NCBI RefSeq assembly: GCF_016433145.1
Contig: NC_058131.1
Coordinates: 359,569,233 to 359,633,232 of the forward strand
Direction: 5' to 3'
Length of the DNA stretch: 64,000 nt
From: Gracilinanus agilis
Lineage: Eukaryota
Below the pieces are notes generated by a model. The model made no database searches and was not told where the DNA came from. It saw only the letters and a program-made list of their open reading frames with translations. Below, in pieces: positions 61,650 to 64,000 of this stretch (positions are counted from its first letter, which is position 1; each line of letters starts with the position of its first letter). The position numbers were made by a program, and so were the translations under genes.

Positions 61650-64000
61650 ATTTATTTATTTTAACATTAAAAAAATTATAAGTTCCAAGTTCCCTTCTTT
61701 CCTTACACTCCTACGCTCACCCACTGAGAAAGAAAGTAATGTGATATAAATTATACATGTAAAATCATGCAAACCATTTCCATATTATCCATATTTTTCA
61801 AAGCAAGAAAACTAAAGAAAATTATACTTTATTCTGCACTCAGAGTTTACCAGTTTTCTCTCTGGAAATTAGGTCACATTTTTCATCAGGAATTCTTTGC
61901 AATTATCTTGGATCATGGTATTGATTAGAGTGGGTAAGTCTATTGATCAACATTACAATATTGTATCTGTGCACAATGTTCTGGTTTTGCTTACTTCATT
62001 TTACATTAGTTCATATAAGTCTTCTCAGATTTTTCTGAAAGTTTCTTATAAAACTGTAGTATTCCATAACCACTACATATTGCAACTTGTTTAGGCATTC
62101 CCCAATTTATGGGCATATCCTCAATTTCCAATTCTTTGCCACAAAAAGAGCTGCAATAAATGTTTTTATACATATAGGCCTTTCCCACCTTTTTCTTTGA
62201 TCTCTTTGGGTTACAGACCTAGTAGTGATAAATGCTGGCATAAAAAGTATACACGATTTGTAGTCCTTTGGGTATAGTTCTAAATTGTTCTCTGGGATGA
62301 TTGAGCCAGTGCAGAGCCAAGATGGTAGCGTAGTAGCAGTGAATGCTGGAAGCTCTTAGAGAATCTTCCCAAACCAACTTTAAAATAGAGCTTCAAAACA
62401 ACTGAAGTCACAGAACCAACAAGGAGATAGAGTGAGGGGGCTCTCCTGCAATAAACAACTTGAAAGATAGGCAGAGTCCATTTTTCATGGGATAAATTGG
62501 ACTTGGAAGTAAAATTGTACACAGAGGAGTAACCGCCCCCCCCTCCACCTACTGAGCCCCAAGTTTTGAGCCTGGTGATAGGCCAACTTTAGGATCCTGG
62601 GACCCTGCCTAAGGCAACAATAGAACAACCTCCACCCACTCCTTGAAGTCCTAAGTCCTGGCACTAGCCCACAGTGAAGCCCCAAAGGCCAATGCAGTCA
62701 AAATTAGAAAGAATGTAGGAAACTGGATGGGGACAGAAAACTTATAGTAAGTTTCTCTGATAAAGGTCTCATTTCTCAAACATGTAGGGACATAAGCTAA
62801 ATTTACGAAAAATAAGAGCTATTGATTAATAATCAAATGATTTCTTTTCAAAAGAAGAAATCAAATCTATCAGTACTCATATAAAAATACTTACATGAAA
62901 AAAGCTATGAATCAAAGCTATTAATAGTCATTTGAAAAAATGCTCTAAATCACTAATAATTCAAGAAATGTAAATCAAAACAATTGACATACCAGATTAT
63001 TTAACATTTCAGAAAAGGAAAATTATAAATGCTGGAGTACATGTGGAAAAATAAGGACACCAATATACTGTTAGGATATATGACTGATCCAATCATTCTG
63101 AAGTTTTGACTGCATTGGTTTTGTTTAAGCAAAACTTTTTACATTTCATATAACCAAATTATCCTTTTTTTCCCCCCTGTGATCCTTTCTACCTCTCATT
63201 TGATCATAAAACCTTCCTTCTCCATAGATCTGATAGATAAAATTTTCCATGTTCTCCTAATTTGCTTATGATATCTATCACCTTTTATGTCAAAATTAAA
63301 TGCCCATTTTATCTTAGTTTACACAGTGTGAGATATTGATTTTTGTCTATTTTCTGCAAACTGCTTTTTATTTTTCCCAGAAATTTTTGTCAGATGATGA
63401 GTTCTTGCCCCTAAAGCTTGGATCTTCAAGTTTGTCAAAAACTGGATTACTAAGATCATTAATTACTATGTATTATATATCTAGTTTATTCCTCTGAGCC
63501 ACCACCTGATTTCTTAGCCACTACCAGATTTTTTTTGATGATTACTGTTTTGTAATATAGTTTGAAATTTAATATTGCCAGTCTACCTTTACTCACATTA
63601 AAAAAAATTATTCCCTTGGTACTCTTATTTTTTCTGCTATACAAATGAATTCTTTTGTAGTTTGATGGGTATGGCACTGAACATTAAATTCATTTAGGTG
63701 AAATTGTCATTTTTATTGGCTGTCTGCTCACAAGCAATGAATATTTTGCCTGTTGTTTAGATCTGTCTTCGTGTGAAAAATGTGTTCATATAATTCCTGG
63801 ATTTGTTTTGGCAGGTAGACTTCAACAATTTTTTATTGTCTGCAGTTATTTTAATTTGTTAAATAAAAGGAATTTATTGCTCCATATCTCTTGCTGGGTT
63901 TTGTTGGTAACATATAGAAATGCTAATGATTATGTAGGCATATTTTATATCCTAAACTTTGTTAAAGTTATTAATTGTTTCTACTAGTTTTTCAATTTTA
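61650..64000. mobile_element. Old L1 with an internal inversion and an L1 5'UTR filler
   Basis: Minus-strand L1 3' part (about 61650-62310), plus-strand L1 5'UTR (62311-62688, GCAGAGCCAAGATGG), plus-strand ORF2 segment (62689-63100), minus-strand ORF2 (63103-64000). Confidence 0.7.

Noticed and set aside
47600-64000. miR-143 / miR-145 hairpins or identifiable CARMN exons expected from synteny
   Set aside because: Reading by eye, I did not find the mature sequences (TGAGATGAAGCACTGTAGCTC, GTCCAGTTTTCCCAGGAATCCCT); they probably lie beyond the window. lncRNA exons cannot be called from sequence alone.
1-64000. tRNA, rRNA, snRNA or snoRNA genes
   Set aside because: Only tRNA-derived SINE heads were seen; no complete RNA gene recognised by eye. 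tRNAscan-SE or Infernal would be the decisive test.

Overview
Mammalian genomic DNA, marsupial by its repeat content. SINE1_Mdo-type SINEs, MAR1/MIR, marsupial L1 and hAT MITEs point to the opossum Monodelphis or a close relative. The window holds a three-gene block whose order matches human 5q32 as I recall it: the last coding exon and 3'UTR of GRPEL2 (+), the complete 6-exon PCYOX1L (+, 491 aa) and the complete 3-exon IL17B (-, 198 aa). The 21-nt first coding exon of IL17B sits 10.8 kb from exon 2. After IL17B comes about 19 kb of non-coding, repeat-rich DNA toward the expected CARMN/miR-143/145 locus, but neither miRNA was seen inside the window. A 137-nt assembly gap lies in IL17B intron 2. 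I see no evidence of a novel multi-gene system, CRISPR array or RNA gene. The most unusual items are structural or regulatory: (1) a templated insertion in IL17B intron 1 made of a 59-bp inverted repeat, a 164-bp copy of DNA from 1.76 kb away and a 15-bp direct repeat; (2) a TSD-flanked L1 keeping both termini but lacking its interior; (3) a ~380-bp fold-back element; (4) a GC-box/CArG/M-CAT/MEF2-TATA module upstream of IL17B; (5) a 40-bp-phased CCAAT array at the PCYOX1L promoter; (6) hAT MITEs carrying a CTCF-like motif; (7) three in-frame insertions in IL17B relative to the human protein. Comparisons to human proteins and repeat consensuses are from memory, not computed alignments.
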